Source of the DNA: an uncultured Verrucomicrobiae bacterium
GTDB lineage: Bacteria; Chlamydiota; Chlamydiia; Chlamydiales; JAFEGQ01
DNA: 64,000 nt
Direction of reading: 5' to 3'
NCBI GenBank assembly: GCA_963739345.1
Contig: CAVUAA010000001.1
Span: 859,749 to 923,748, forward strand
A program made the position numbers and the translations under genes. Below the pieces are notes generated by a model. That model searched no databases. It had not been told where the DNA came from and saw only the letters and a list, made by a program, of their open reading frames with translations. Below are positions 44,599 to 53,773 of the stretch, piece by piece; within the stretch, counting starts at the first letter, position 1; each line of letters starts with the position of its first letter.

Positions 44599-46763
44599 TC
44601 GTCAACCACCGCCGGGTCATCGGCAGCTCCTGCCGGTGGCTGCCTCTCGGGATATTTGATGCGGGTGTGAGAAGCTGCCATGATAGAGGTGACGAGCGAC
44701 TCTTTCACCTTTTGCATGTCTTCATAAGTAAGGAGGCACCGGTCAAACTGATGGTCGTCGATCTTCTGCTGGATCAGCTTATTGACCATCGCCCACACGT
44801 TTTCTTCATTTGCCTCGTCGAGTGAGCGGGAGGCTGCCTCCAACGTGTCGGCCATCATGATAATGGCTGACTCCTTCGAGCGGGGCTTTGGCCCGCTGTA
44901 GCGGAAGTCGGCCTCATTCACCTTCTCCGCATCCCCCCCTTGACGCTGCACTTCGTCGTGGTAGAAGTAGTAGACAAGCGTCGTCCCGTGGTGCTCACGG
45001 ATGATGTCGAGGAACGGTTCGGGCAGATTGTGTTTACGGGCAATGGCCGCCCCCTCGGGGACGTGGGCCATGATCACCTGCGCAGACTCAAGTGGCGTGA
45101 GCAGCTGATGGATGTTCACTCCACCGCTCTGATTTTCCGTGAAATACTGCGGACTGATCAGCTTCCCAATGTCGTGATAAAGGGTGGCGACGCGACAGAA
45201 CAACCCAGAAGCCCCAATCGCGTTCGCTGCCGACTCGGCGAGGTTACCCACCACAATCGAGTGTTGGTAGGTGCCTGGCGCTTCAATGCTCAACCGTCGC
45301 AAAATGGGATGGGTAGGATCCATGTATTCCATCAACGTCACTTCTGTGATGATCCGGAAGAGCGACTCAAGAAGGGGCAACAGCCCCACCACCAACACCG
45401 CCGTTAACAGCATGAAGACAAAGCTCGAAATGAGATCGGTGAGCAGCGAGACCGTCCAAAACTCTAACGCAAAGAGGTGAAAGGCGACCAACACCAGCAC
45501 GGCAGCGATCCACGCCTTCCCACACACCATGAACACCTCTTTGCGCTTGCGCAATGTCCGCGTGCTCAAAATCGCCACCAGCCCCGTGATGACGTTCATT
45601 ACCAAAAATCTAGGCGCATCGACCGCTAACGAAAAGGTGAGCACCACCGCCAAGAAGGTGGCCGCGTAGGCCGCAACCCGCCCGCTGAGGAGACTACATA
45701 GAATGATCGCCGCAAACGGAACAAAGAGTGGATAGCGAACCACCTCAGAGAGATCAGACTGACTCTTCAAGAAGAGATATTCGGTCCCCTTCGCAATCGC
45801 CATTGTCAGCACCATCACAAGCAACAAAAGAAGTAGCTTCTTGTTCGACATGTAGATCGAGCGATGATGGGCTCGCAAATAGGCCCCCCCAATCACTACA
45901 AAGACCAGCGCCAGAAGGAGACTTCCCGCCAGCGTCGTTGGATGCCACAAATTCTTCTGCTGCTGGAGCGCTTGATGCATCCGCTGCAACATAGACAAAT
46001 GACGAGACGTAACCATCTGCCCCTTGTCGAGAATGCGGGTCCCCGCCTTCTGGCGGCTCACCACCGGCGCGACCGCCCGCTGCGCCAAATCGCGCACTGC
46101 CGTCATCGAGTTAGTATCCTCATCAAACGTCCAGCTATTCTCAGCAAACCACTTGACGATGAAGGTTGCCACCGGCTCTGACACTGCGCTCCTCTCGAAC
46201 GCATTCCTCGCCAACTGCTCCCAAAACTCTTCTGGCATCTTCACCGACTGCGCCGGATCGGCCGGCGTAAAGACATAGTACTGATTGGTGGGCAGCTCGA
46301 TCGACTGCATCTTCTTCAGAGTGCGCGGATCGGTGAACCGCTCACGCGCCAACGCCGTCGCAAACAGATCGACCGCCCGATACATGTCCTCAAACGTCGC
46401 CTGCTTCACCTGATCGCGCCACTTCTGATTCTCAGAGAGCACCTGCTCAAATTGCGTCTGCCGCTTAGCGATCTCCTTCATACTCAACAGGTAGATCTTT
46501 CCAATGTCGCGAATAGCCTCCTGCTTGCGAAGGATCGTCCCCTCCTCATCCGGAAACTCAAAGTCAACCTGCGAAACAATGTAGCGTGGCGCCTGCGCGT
46601 TGAGTTCCAGCACCTCCACCTTCACCTGCTGAAAGTGGAGAAAGAAAAAAAGACACACTGCAAACACAAGCCCAAGCAAAGCACGGACCCAAAGGTTCCT
46701 TTCAAAAAACCCACGCGGTTGACCCATTAGAGGGCCGCTTTCCAATTCCTCACCCATACCCAT
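44595..46763 (-). CDS. 7TM receptor with intracellular HD hydrolase domain (PgpH/YqfF-like)
   Basis: A large N-terminal extracytoplasmic region, then 7 TM helices, then a C-terminal HD domain (HSIVVGNLAESAANAIG...ATLYHDIGK...REHHGT). Confidence 0.8.
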   Translation of the reverse strand: MGMGEELESGPLMGQPRGFFERNLWVRALLGLVFAVCLFFFLHFQQVKVEVLELNAQAPRYIVSQVDFEFPDEEGTILRKQEAIRDIGKIYLLSMKEIAKRQTQFEQVLSENQKWRDQVKQATFEDMYRAVDLFATALARERFTDPRTLKKMQSIELPTNQYYVFTPADPAQSVKMPEEFWEQLARNAFERSAVSEPVATFIVKWFAENSWTFDEDTNSMTAVRDLAQRAVAPVVSRQKAGTRILDKGQMVTSRHLSMLQRMHQALQQQKNLWHPTTLAGSLLLALVFVVIGGAYLRAHHRSIYMSNKKLLLLLLVMVLTMAIAKGTEYLFLKSQSDLSEVVRYPLFVPFAAIILCSLLSGRVAAYAATFLAVVLTFSLAVDAPRFLVMNVITGLVAILSTRTLRKRKEVFMVCGKAWIAAVLVLVAFHLFALEFWTVSLLTDLISSFVFMLLTAVLVVGLLPLLESLFRIITEVTLMEYMDPTHPILRRLSIEAPGTYQHSIVVGNLAESAANAIGASGLFCRVATLYHDIGKLISPQYFTENQSGGVNIHQLLTPLESAQVIMAHVPEGAAIARKHNLPEPFLDIIREHHGTTLVYYFYHDEVQRQGGDAEKVNEADFRYSGPKPRSKESAIIMMADTLEAASRSLDEANEENVWAMVNKLIQQKIDDHQFDRCLLTYEDMQKVKESLVTSIMAASHTRIKYPERQPPAGAADDPAVVDE

Positions 46764-46807
46764 ATCCTATAGCACAAATCGAGCGGCGCAGCTATTATAG
46801 GCTCTTC

Positions 46808-47965
46808 ATGACCGGTAATAGCAAGCAATCAGGTGATAATTTTCCACAAACCGCTAACTATCAGGCGCTAGCCAGACGCTACCGTCCGCAACGATTTGCC
46901 GATGTCCTTGGTCAAGAGGCGATCGTCACCACCCTCATCAACGCACTTCAAGGGGATCGACTCGCCCACGCCTATCTCTTTTCTGGTGCTCGCGGCACCG
47001 GAAAGACCACCCTCGCCCGCATTCTGGCCAAAGCGATTAACTGCGAACAACGGCAAGATGGCGAGCCGTGCAACAGCTGCCCCTCCTGTCACGAGATCAC
47101 CTCCGGCGCCTCCCTCGACATCCTAGAAATTGATGGCGCCTCCCACCGGGGCATCGATGACATCCGACAGATCAACGAGACCGTCGGCTACGCCGCTCCC
47201 AAAGGGCACCATAAAGTCTACATCATTGACGAAGTGCACATGCTCACCAAGGAGGCGTTCAACGCCCTCCTCAAGACCCTCGAAGAGCCCCCTCCCAAAG
47301 TGAAGTTCTTCTTCGCCACCACCGAACCGCACAAGATTCCCCCCACTATCATCAGCCGCTGCCAACGCTTCCAACTCTCCCGCCTCACTCCCGAGCTCAT
47401 CATCACCAAACTGCGCGCTGAGTGCCAGGAACTGAGCGCCACCATCACAGACCCCGCCCTCTCCCTCATCGCACAAGCAGCCGAGGGGGGCATGCGCGAC
47501 GCCGAGTCCATCCTCGACCAAGTCCTCTCCTTCCACGGCCAGGAAATTGACGAGCAAGCTGTCGCCGACGTCCTCGGCCTCGCTCCTAAGACCACCTATA
47601 TCCGTCTCGATGAGGCGGCCAAAACCCACGACCTCTCCATCCCCTTCGACATCGTCGACGAAGTCTTCTCCTCAGGCCGCGACCTCACCCACTTCATTAC
47701 CGGCCTCATCGAGCACCACCGCTCCCACCTCCTCCACGCCATCAGCAACACCCCCACCCCTTACACTCGTGCCCAACTTCTCACTCTCCTTGATGATTTG
47801 TTGCTTGCACAGGAGCGCTTCCGCCACGCCCCTTCCAAGCGCATCGCCCTTGAGATGATGCTCACCCGCATCGTCCGCACCCCTCGTCAAATCCCTCTCG
47901 AAGAGCTCGTCGACCGCCTCATCTCCCTCGAGTCCCGCCTCGACTCTCCACTGCCTCCTCCGTAA
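46808..47965 (+). CDS. dnaX: DNA polymerase III subunit gamma/tau (C-terminal 48 codons continue in the +1 frame to 48110)
   Basis: YRPQRFADVLGQE, GARGTGKTT, zinc module CNSCPSCHEI, IIDEVHML, SRCQRF. After the TAA at 47963-47965 the +1 frame reads KAAPKPQPKPVPAPEQNKVATPQSRYDTLIRFAAVELDGRVENARSRR* (stop at 48108-48110), followed by a T7 run. Confidence 0.88.
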   Translation: MTGNSKQSGDNFPQTANYQALARRYRPQRFADVLGQEAIVTTLINALQGDRLAHAYLFSGARGTGKTTLARILAKAINCEQRQDGEPCNSCPSCHEITSGASLDILEIDGASHRGIDDIRQINETVGYAAPKGHHKVYIIDEVHMLTKEAFNALLKTLEEPPPKVKFFFATTEPHKIPPTIISRCQRFQLSRLTPELIITKLRAECQELSATITDPALSLIAQAAEGGMRDAESILDQVLSFHGQEIDEQAVADVLGLAPKTTYIRLDEAAKTHDLSIPFDIVDEVFSSGRDLTHFITGLIEHHRSHLLHAISNTPTPYTRAQLLTLLDDLLLAQERFRHAPSKRIALEMMLTRIVRTPRQIPLEELVDRLISLESRLDSPLPPP

Positions 47966-48151
47966 GGCCGCTCCAAAGCCTCAGCCCAAGCCTGTACCTG
48001 CGCCGGAGCAAAATAAAGTAGCGACCCCTCAGAGTCGCTACGACACCCTCATCCGTTTTGCCGCTGTCGAACTTGACGGCCGCGTTGAAAACGCTCGCTC
48101 ACGCCGCTAGCGATTTTTTTCTCGCTCAGCTATTCTGTTTTCCAAAACCAT

Positions 48152-48317
48152 AGACCCAGGTTGCTACCATACCCTTCTCCTAGGGCGTCTGGTTTTGAGC
48201 GAGATACGAGCATTGCGATGAACGGCGTGGCCGCTGGCCACGTCTGAGGAGCAAGGCGAAGTAGATCGCCAAAAGCTGAGCATCATAGAGAGAGGAGAGG
48301 GTGGCAATCCGGGTCGT
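48152..48317. repeat. ~160-bp TIR-bounded miniature element, copy B
   Basis: Colinear with copy A: AGACCCAGGTTGCTACCATACCC...TAGGGCGTCTGGTTTTGAGC...GAACGGCGTGGCCGCTGGCCACGTCTGAGGAGC...GAGGGTGGCAATCCGGGTCGT. It has a central hairpin CGTGGCC-GCT-GGCCACG. Confidence 0.8.
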
Positions 48318-48329
48318 AGAGGAGATGTC

Positions 48330-48638
48330 ATGGGCAAGGGATATGCAAAGCAGAAGAAGCAGGCACGGGAGATGCAGGACAAGTTCGCTAAGATGCAGGA
48401 GGAGCTGGCCGCTGCCGAAGTGGAGGGCCAGGCAGGAAATGGTCTGGTCACCATCAAGATGAACGGTGAGCACGAGATGCTCGGCATCTCGATCAAGCCT
48501 GAATGTGTCGATCCGGATGATGTCGAGGGTCTCGAGGATCTGGTGCGAGCCGCCCACAACGATGCAGTTGAGAAGCTAAAAAGCGAGACGGCGGGCAGCA
48601 TGCCCGACCTCGGTAGCCTAGGAGGTTTGTTGGGATGA
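48330..48638 (+). CDS. ybaB: YbaB/EbfC-family nucleoid-associated protein
   Basis: 102 aa. ...MQEELAAAEVEGQAGNGLVTIKMNGEHEMLGISIKPECVDPDDVEGLEDLVRAAHNDA... matches the YbaB pattern, and it lies downstream of dnaX as in most bacteria. Confidence 0.88.
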   Translation: MGKGYAKQKKQAREMQDKFAKMQEELAAAEVEGQAGNGLVTIKMNGEHEMLGISIKPECVDPDDVEGLEDLVRAAHNDAVEKLKSETAGSMPDLGSLGGLLG

Positions 48639-49405
48639 GATTTCTACTTCTATTTTGTCTTGTACCGCTCGCATTGCGCGGAGAAATGCACACGATTGAT
48701 CATTTTGAAGAGCTGAATGAGCGCATCCAGCCAGGCACGTGGGTGATCGTCGACATCGACGGCACCTTGATCGATGCCGCGCAGATGCTAGGCTCAACTC
48801 ACTGGCTCTACGACCACCTCAAAGAGCTCGTCCACGAAAAGGAGCATGCGCCGGCCGAGGCGGCCTTTGCCTTTGAGGAGATGCTGGGATCAGTGCGAGC
48901 ATGCGTCCCCTACGTACCCATGGAAGAGTATATTCCTGAGATGATTGCCGACTTACAGGTTCGCGGCCACACTGTCTTCGCCCTCACTCACCGCCCCCTC
49001 TCCATGCACGCCGCCACCAAAAAACATCTCTCATCCGTCGGCCTCGATTTCACTAAAACCTCTCCACTGAAAAAAGATCACTGGTTCTCCGACCTCTCAC
49101 GCCTGCACGACGGCGTCCTCTTCGTCTCTGACTTTGGTCCCAAGGGAAGAACTCTCGCCCTCCTCCTCGAACACCTCGGCAAAACTCCCCAGGCAATCGT
49201 CTTCATCGACGACAGCGAACACAACGTGAAAAGTGTCGACCAAACCTGCTCCGAACTGGGCATCCCCTGCCACGCCTGCTACTACCAACTCCGCAAACAG
49301 CGCCACGCCACCTACTCCCGCGAAATCGCTGACATCCAATTCGCTGCACTGCCCAACATCCTCACAGATGAAGAGGCGAGAGTTGCGAAATTAGGATTGC
49401 TTTAG
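48635..49405 (+). CDS. secreted HAD-superfamily-like hydrolase
   Basis: Signal peptide MRFLLLFCLVPLALRG. HAD motif I VIVDIDGTLID, and a late FIDDS motif (motif IV-like). Confidence 0.6.
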   Translation: MRFLLLFCLVPLALRGEMHTIDHFEELNERIQPGTWVIVDIDGTLIDAAQMLGSTHWLYDHLKELVHEKEHAPAEAAFAFEEMLGSVRACVPYVPMEEYIPEMIADLQVRGHTVFALTHRPLSMHAATKKHLSSVGLDFTKTSPLKKDHWFSDLSRLHDGVLFVSDFGPKGRTLALLLEHLGKTPQAIVFIDDSEHNVKSVDQTCSELGIPCHACYYQLRKQRHATYSREIADIQFAALPNILTDEEARVAKLGLL

Positions 49406-50446
49406 TTCAGAGAACAAAACGGGCTTCTCCCATCCTGGGAACTGAGCTTTGAAAATATCCCTCCACTCGTCGCCGTCGAAGAGCATGGCGATGTATTGAT
49501 CAAGGGTCTGCCCCTCGCGGATTTGCTCGGTCCCCGCCTCCCCAATATAGGCACCAATACTGGAGATTATATCAGTGAACGCCCCTAGTAGCTTGCGATG
49601 CTCTTTGAGCAGTTTTCCAGAACGCTTTTCCGCTGCGAGTATCAGGTCGTATCCTTCCTTCACCACCCCTTGCAGACGGGCTCTTTCCTTCTCATACGTT
49701 GGATTTCGCTTTGAAGTTTCGAGATCCAAATTCCCAGATGACAACATCAATAGAAGCGTCGACATCACATGAGCGCTATGATCGTGGATGAACTCCTTTC
49801 CCGTAGCGAGAAGAACGTATCCATCAATGAAGGCTTTGACAAATGAGAGATCGTCGGCAACTCCATCGCTAGTTAAAAGCTTGAGATCGGGCAGTCTAGG
49901 ATTCGTCTTTTGGAGCTCCTGCCAGCTTGCTGACAACGCCTCATGATCTGGCAGGCACATTACGTACCGCATGCTCTTCAGATCGATTTTTGCTCGATAA
50001 CCAAGGTGATCTCGCAATACCGCGGCGTACCGATATCCCTTTAGCTGCTGCCCGTTTAAGAACTTAAGAGCGAGCTTTGGTGGCGGTTCTACTGCCGGGT
50101 ATATCTCGCCGTTTTTCTTCCGATAGGACTCCTCACGACGATCACACTCCAGCTCACCACGACAAACCACATAGTCATACTCCTGTCTAATGGCCATCAC
50201 GTAGACCCAGCCACCATGCTTCCCCTTCTCACGACCGATGCACTCCCACATCTCGCCATTCTTGGCTCGCAACGTCTCCTCTAACCCAAGCCCAAGCCTC
50301 TCAATGGCGACCTCTTTAGGTGCATTCAATCCCTCTTCGTGGCCCAGCACAGATTTACCCAACTCCGTGATACGGGAGTCGACCCCATCGACTACAATCA
50401 ACTCCTTAGATCTAGCATCATTCCTCGACTCTCTAACTCCTTCCAT
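49391..50446 (-). CDS. hypothetical protein (351 aa), no recognisable family
   Basis: A long ORF with an AAGGAAG RBS and an AT-rich upstream region. Composition is somewhat AT-richer than the core genes. Confidence 0.5.
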   Translation of the reverse strand: MEGVRESRNDARSKELIVVDGVDSRITELGKSVLGHEEGLNAPKEVAIERLGLGLEETLRAKNGEMWECIGREKGKHGGWVYVMAIRQEYDYVVCRGELECDRREESYRKKNGEIYPAVEPPPKLALKFLNGQQLKGYRYAAVLRDHLGYRAKIDLKSMRYVMCLPDHEALSASWQELQKTNPRLPDLKLLTSDGVADDLSFVKAFIDGYVLLATGKEFIHDHSAHVMSTLLLMLSSGNLDLETSKRNPTYEKERARLQGVVKEGYDLILAAEKRSGKLLKEHRKLLGAFTDIISSIGAYIGEAGTEQIREGQTLDQYIAMLFDGDEWRDIFKAQFPGWEKPVLFSELKQS

Positions 50447-50529
50447 GGAGCACTTCCTTAATTATTCCATCGATTAGTATATAAAGTTTAACTAATAACT
50501 GTTAATGAATGATAAAGAAATACTAGTCA

Positions 50530-50785
50530 ACGAGGCAAACCCGCAACTAGCTATTAATGAGCGTCTTAAGTCCTATGGGGAGTCATAGGGAGAGGATAGT
50601 GTAGCAATCTGGGTCGCTGCCTCAGAGAGGAGGATTGCTGGCTAGGTGGGTCTGGAAGACCCGCCTTGCCCGAAATTCTGCTGAGGGAGGCTAGCGAAGT
50701 GGTTGAGATTTGCGAATGAACGACGAACGTACGTGGTCAAGGGCCACGTACGAGGAGTTCAATCATGAAGATTGACCACTTTGCT
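50530..50785. repeat. degenerate copies of the ~160-bp TIR element (a 3' fragment followed by a diverged, internally deleted copy)
   Basis: 50585-50617 (ATAGGGAGAGGATAGTGTAGCAATCTGGGTCG) matches the 3' TIR of copies A/B. From ~50625: GGATTGCTGGCTAGGTGGGTCTGG..., TTGCGAATGAACG...CGTACGTGG-TCAAGGG-CCACGTACGAGGAG..., GAAGATTGACC parallel the 5' TIR, central hairpin and 3' region of copy B. It abuts the ptsI stop. Confidence 0.45.
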
Positions 50786-50789
50786 AGCC

Positions 50790-52556
50790 TCAGTCGGTAG
50801 AATTTTGAGTAAGGTGGGTCTGGTAGTGTTGGATGAGGGTGTCGAGAATCTCCATGGAGGTGGGCATGGCGAGGATACGCTCGGCGAGCTGGGTGGCACG
50901 GACGATGCTGCAGGCGCGGATGGCGTTTTTGACGATGGGGAGGTAGCGAGCGGAGACGGAGAGCTCGTGGACGCCGAGGCCGAGGAGGAGGGGGGTGAAG
51001 CGGGGGTCGGCGGCCATCTCGCCGCAGACGGTGATGGGGATGCCGTTCCGGTTTCCTTCAGAGACGATCATCTTGATGAGGCGGAGGACGGAGGGGTGGG
51101 CGGGGGTGTAGAGGTAGCTCATGGCCTGGTTGTCCCGGTCAACGGCGAGGGAGTACTGGACAAGGTCGTTGGTCCCGATGGACATGAAGTCGCACTCGCG
51201 GGCGAGGACGTCGCAGGTGATGGCGGCGGAGGGCACTTCGATCATGCAGCCGAGGGGGATGTTTTCGTCGAAGGGGATCCCCTCTTGACGGAGCTCTTCC
51301 ATGGCCTGGCGGACGTACCCTTTGGCTTCCATGAGTTCTGGGAGACCGGAGACCATGGGGAAGAGGATGCGGACATTCCCGTTAACACTGGCGCGAAGGA
51401 TAGCTCGGAGCTGCACCTTGAACGCTTCATGCTCTTTGAGCATGAGGCGGATGGCGCGGCAGCCGAGGAAGGGGTTCTCTTCGTGCTGGACGATGGGGAG
51501 CTCGCGAAACTTATCACCGCCGACATCAAAGGTGCGGATGGTGACCGACTTGCCCTCCATCGCCTCCGCGATGCGGCCGTAGATGAGATACTGCTCCTCT
51601 TCTGAGGGGAAGTTTTGGCGGGCGGTGAGGATGTACTCCGAGCGGAAGAGGCCAACGCCGCTCCCTCCATACTTCTTTAGCAGTTCGAGCTCGTTAAACA
51701 TCTCGATGTTGGCAGAGAGGACCACCTTGTAGCCATCGATGGTCTCGGAGGTAAGGTGGCCGAGCGCTTCAAACCGCTCAAAATGACGGGCGTGTTCCCG
51801 CTTTAGCTCCCGGTACTTGGAAAGGGTCGCTGGGGTGGGGTTGAGGATCACCTCGCCGTTACGACCGTCGACGATGACAATGCCACGGGAGAAGTCGCTC
51901 GCATTCCGAAAGTCAACACGAGCGACGTAAGGGATCCCCTTCGCCTTGGCCATGATGGCGGCGTGAGAGGTGTCGCCGCCTACCTGTGTAACAAATGCGC
52001 TAATGCGAGAGGTGTCAGCCTCGGCGGTGTCGGAGGGGGTCAGTTCGTGAGCGAAAACAATCGCGTTCTCGGGCGCCTCTTCGAGGGGGACGCGGACGCA
52101 GGCGCGAAGACGCCCCATCACCCGCCGGCCAATGTCGTTCAAGTCGTTGAGTCTCTCGCGAAAATAGGGATCGTCAAGGGCTCGAAACTTGTCGGCATAA
52201 TTGTCGATGGCCCGCTGGAACACATGCTCGACGTTTTGGAGGGTGGAGCGAATCTGCTCCTCCACTTCGTCAACGAGAATGGGATCGCGAATGATGTGGA
52301 GGTGCGCTTCGAGAATGGCCGCCCCTTCGACTGCGCCTTCGGCTTCGAGCTTGCCACGCAAAACTCTCACTTGCCCCTCGCTCTCTTCGAGGGCGGAGTG
52401 GTAGCGGGCAATCTCCCCTTCTACTTCGTCGATGGCAATCGTAAAATGGGGAACAACAGCTTGCGGACAAGTGTACACAAAAGGCGTGCCGATGGCGATA
52501 CCGGAACAGATCGCCGCACCTCGGAGCCGAATCTCTTTCACTTTACTCTTTACCAT
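50790..52556 (-). CDS. ptsI: phosphoenolpyruvate--protein phosphotransferase (PTS enzyme I)
   Basis: GGDTSHAAIMAKAKGIP (active-site His region), GLFRSEY, and SIGTNDLVQYSLAVDR. Confidence 0.9.
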   Translation of the reverse strand: MVKSKVKEIRLRGAAICSGIAIGTPFVYTCPQAVVPHFTIAIDEVEGEIARYHSALEESEGQVRVLRGKLEAEGAVEGAAILEAHLHIIRDPILVDEVEEQIRSTLQNVEHVFQRAIDNYADKFRALDDPYFRERLNDLNDIGRRVMGRLRACVRVPLEEAPENAIVFAHELTPSDTAEADTSRISAFVTQVGGDTSHAAIMAKAKGIPYVARVDFRNASDFSRGIVIVDGRNGEVILNPTPATLSKYRELKREHARHFERFEALGHLTSETIDGYKVVLSANIEMFNELELLKKYGGSGVGLFRSEYILTARQNFPSEEEQYLIYGRIAEAMEGKSVTIRTFDVGGDKFRELPIVQHEENPFLGCRAIRLMLKEHEAFKVQLRAILRASVNGNVRILFPMVSGLPELMEAKGYVRQAMEELRQEGIPFDENIPLGCMIEVPSAAITCDVLARECDFMSIGTNDLVQYSLAVDRDNQAMSYLYTPAHPSVLRLIKMIVSEGNRNGIPITVCGEMAADPRFTPLLLGLGVHELSVSARYLPIVKNAIRACSIVRATQLAERILAMPTSMEILDTLIQHYQTHLTQNSTD

Positions 52557-52568
52557 TATCCACTTCCA

Positions 52569-52841
52569 TTAACCTGTCACTTCAAGTCCCCGATCAAATG
52601 CTGTGGTCACAATTTCCATCACGTCGGTTGCATCTTCCCCTTCCACGGTCACTTCCAGTGTGGCCCCTGTCTTGGCAGCCAGCATCAAAAGTTCAACGAT
52701 GCTGTGGCCATTGGCCAGACGATCCTGATGTTTAAAGGTGATCTTGCTAGCACAGCCGCGCAGCAAGCGGACCAGTGTACTGGCGGGCCTCGCATGAAGC
52801 CCAAGTGGCATTCGAACCATAATCTCTTGCACCAGTCTCAT
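52569..52841 (-). CDS. ptsH: phosphocarrier protein HPr
   Basis: 90 aa with GLHARPAS (His15 region) and a later NGHSIVELLML (Ser46-like region). It has an ATGA-type overlap with hprK. Confidence 0.85.
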   Translation of the reverse strand: MRLVQEIMVRMPLGLHARPASTLVRLLRGCASKITFKHQDRLANGHSIVELLMLAAKTGATLEVTVEGEDATDVMEIVTTAFDRGLEVTG

Positions 52842-53773
52842 CGGATCCGATTCCTCTCTATCGTTGCCAACAGCCGCTCATTGAACTCCTTTGCCGAATG
52901 CCTCCCCATCTGCTTTAGACGGGTGTTGAGGGCAATGGTCTCAATGAGCAGCACCACATCCCGTCCCGGTTTGACGGGTAGAATATGAAGCGGAATTTGG
53001 AGGCTCAAGATATCACAACACTTCTCATCAAGTCCAACCCGATCGTAACAATGCTGATCATTCCACTCTTCCAAACGGACAACGGTGTCCACTCTTTTGC
53101 TTCCGCGGACGCAGACAGCGCCATACAAAGTGGCAACGTTGATGATTCCTATCCCTCTAATTTCCATGTGATGGCGAGTGAGTGCATCACCGCTTCCCTC
53201 CAGAAATCCATTCTCTTGTCTGCGGATTTTGACGATGTCATCGGAAATAAGTCGGTGTCCTCTCTCAATGAGGCCGAGTGCCGCCTCGCTTTTTCCCACC
53301 GACGCCTCTCCTTCGATCAACACACCGACTCCAAACACTTCAACGAGCGTCCCATGCATGCAGGTTGAGGGGGCAAACTCCTCGCTTAACATTACGGTGA
53401 CTCGCGACCAGACGTCGGCGGTGCGTAAGGGAGAACGAAAAAGAGGGACCTGCGCGTTTTCACACAGCTCGATCATGTCTTTTGGAGGTTGTAAGCGACG
53501 GGCGACTATAATGGCCGGTGTCCGGCGAGACAAGAGAGCGCGCAATCGTTGGAGGCGGGTCCTTTCGGGCAAGCTGCGGAGGTAGCGGATTTCGACCCGC
53601 CCCATCACCAAGATCCGTCGATCGGCGTAGCCGTCGAGATAGCCGGCCAGCGCCAATCCTGGTCGATGCGCTTCAGGAACGGTGATCCGACGCTTGAGCC
53701 CCTTCGCTCCTGCGATGAGTTGCAGTTGCAAATCGCCGCCGTGCCGCTCTTGGAAGTCCTTTAATGTATACAT
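52838..53773 (-). CDS. hprK: HPr kinase/phosphorylase
   Basis: From the Met at 53773: MYTLKDFQERH.... Walker A GEASVGKSEAALGLIERGHRLISDD, then the HMEIRGIGIINV signature. The upstream 46 codons of the track ORF overlap the preceding gene and are rejected. Confidence 0.88.
   Translation of the reverse strand: MYTLKDFQERHGGDLQLQLIAGAKGLKRRITVPEAHRPGLALAGYLDGYADRRILVMGRVEIRYLRSLPERTRLQRLRALLSRRTPAIIVARRLQPPKDMIELCENAQVPLFRSPLRTADVWSRVTVMLSEEFAPSTCMHGTLVEVFGVGVLIEGEASVGKSEAALGLIERGHRLISDDIVKIRRQENGFLEGSGDALTRHHMEIRGIGIINVATLYGAVCVRGSKRVDTVVRLEEWNDQHCYDRVGLDEKCCDILSLQIPLHILPVKPGRDVVLLIETIALNTRLKQMGRHSAKEFNERLLATIERNRIR

Noticed and set aside
47940-47970. The dnaX frame break as an E. coli-style programmed frameshift producing gamma and tau
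   Set aside because: The E. coli event is -1 at an A AAA AAG slippery heptamer with a downstream hairpin. Here the shift is +1 and the site (CCT CCT CCG TAA G) has no known slippery pattern. Three other genes show the same +1 lesion, which points to a common trivial cause.
50728-50752. The hairpin CGTACGTGG-TCAAGGG-CCACGTACG as a dedicated rho-independent terminator of ptsI
   Set aside because: It aligns with the central hairpin of the ~160-bp TIR element family (compare CGTGGCC-GCT-GGCCACG in copy B), and the downstream tract is only weakly T-rich. It may still terminate transcription, but it is part of the repeat and not an independent feature.
50772-52988. 277-aa and 341-aa plus-strand ORFs antisense to ptsI/ptsH
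   Set aside because: Gly/Asp/Val-rich antisense artefacts. PtsI and HPr signatures are on the minus strand.
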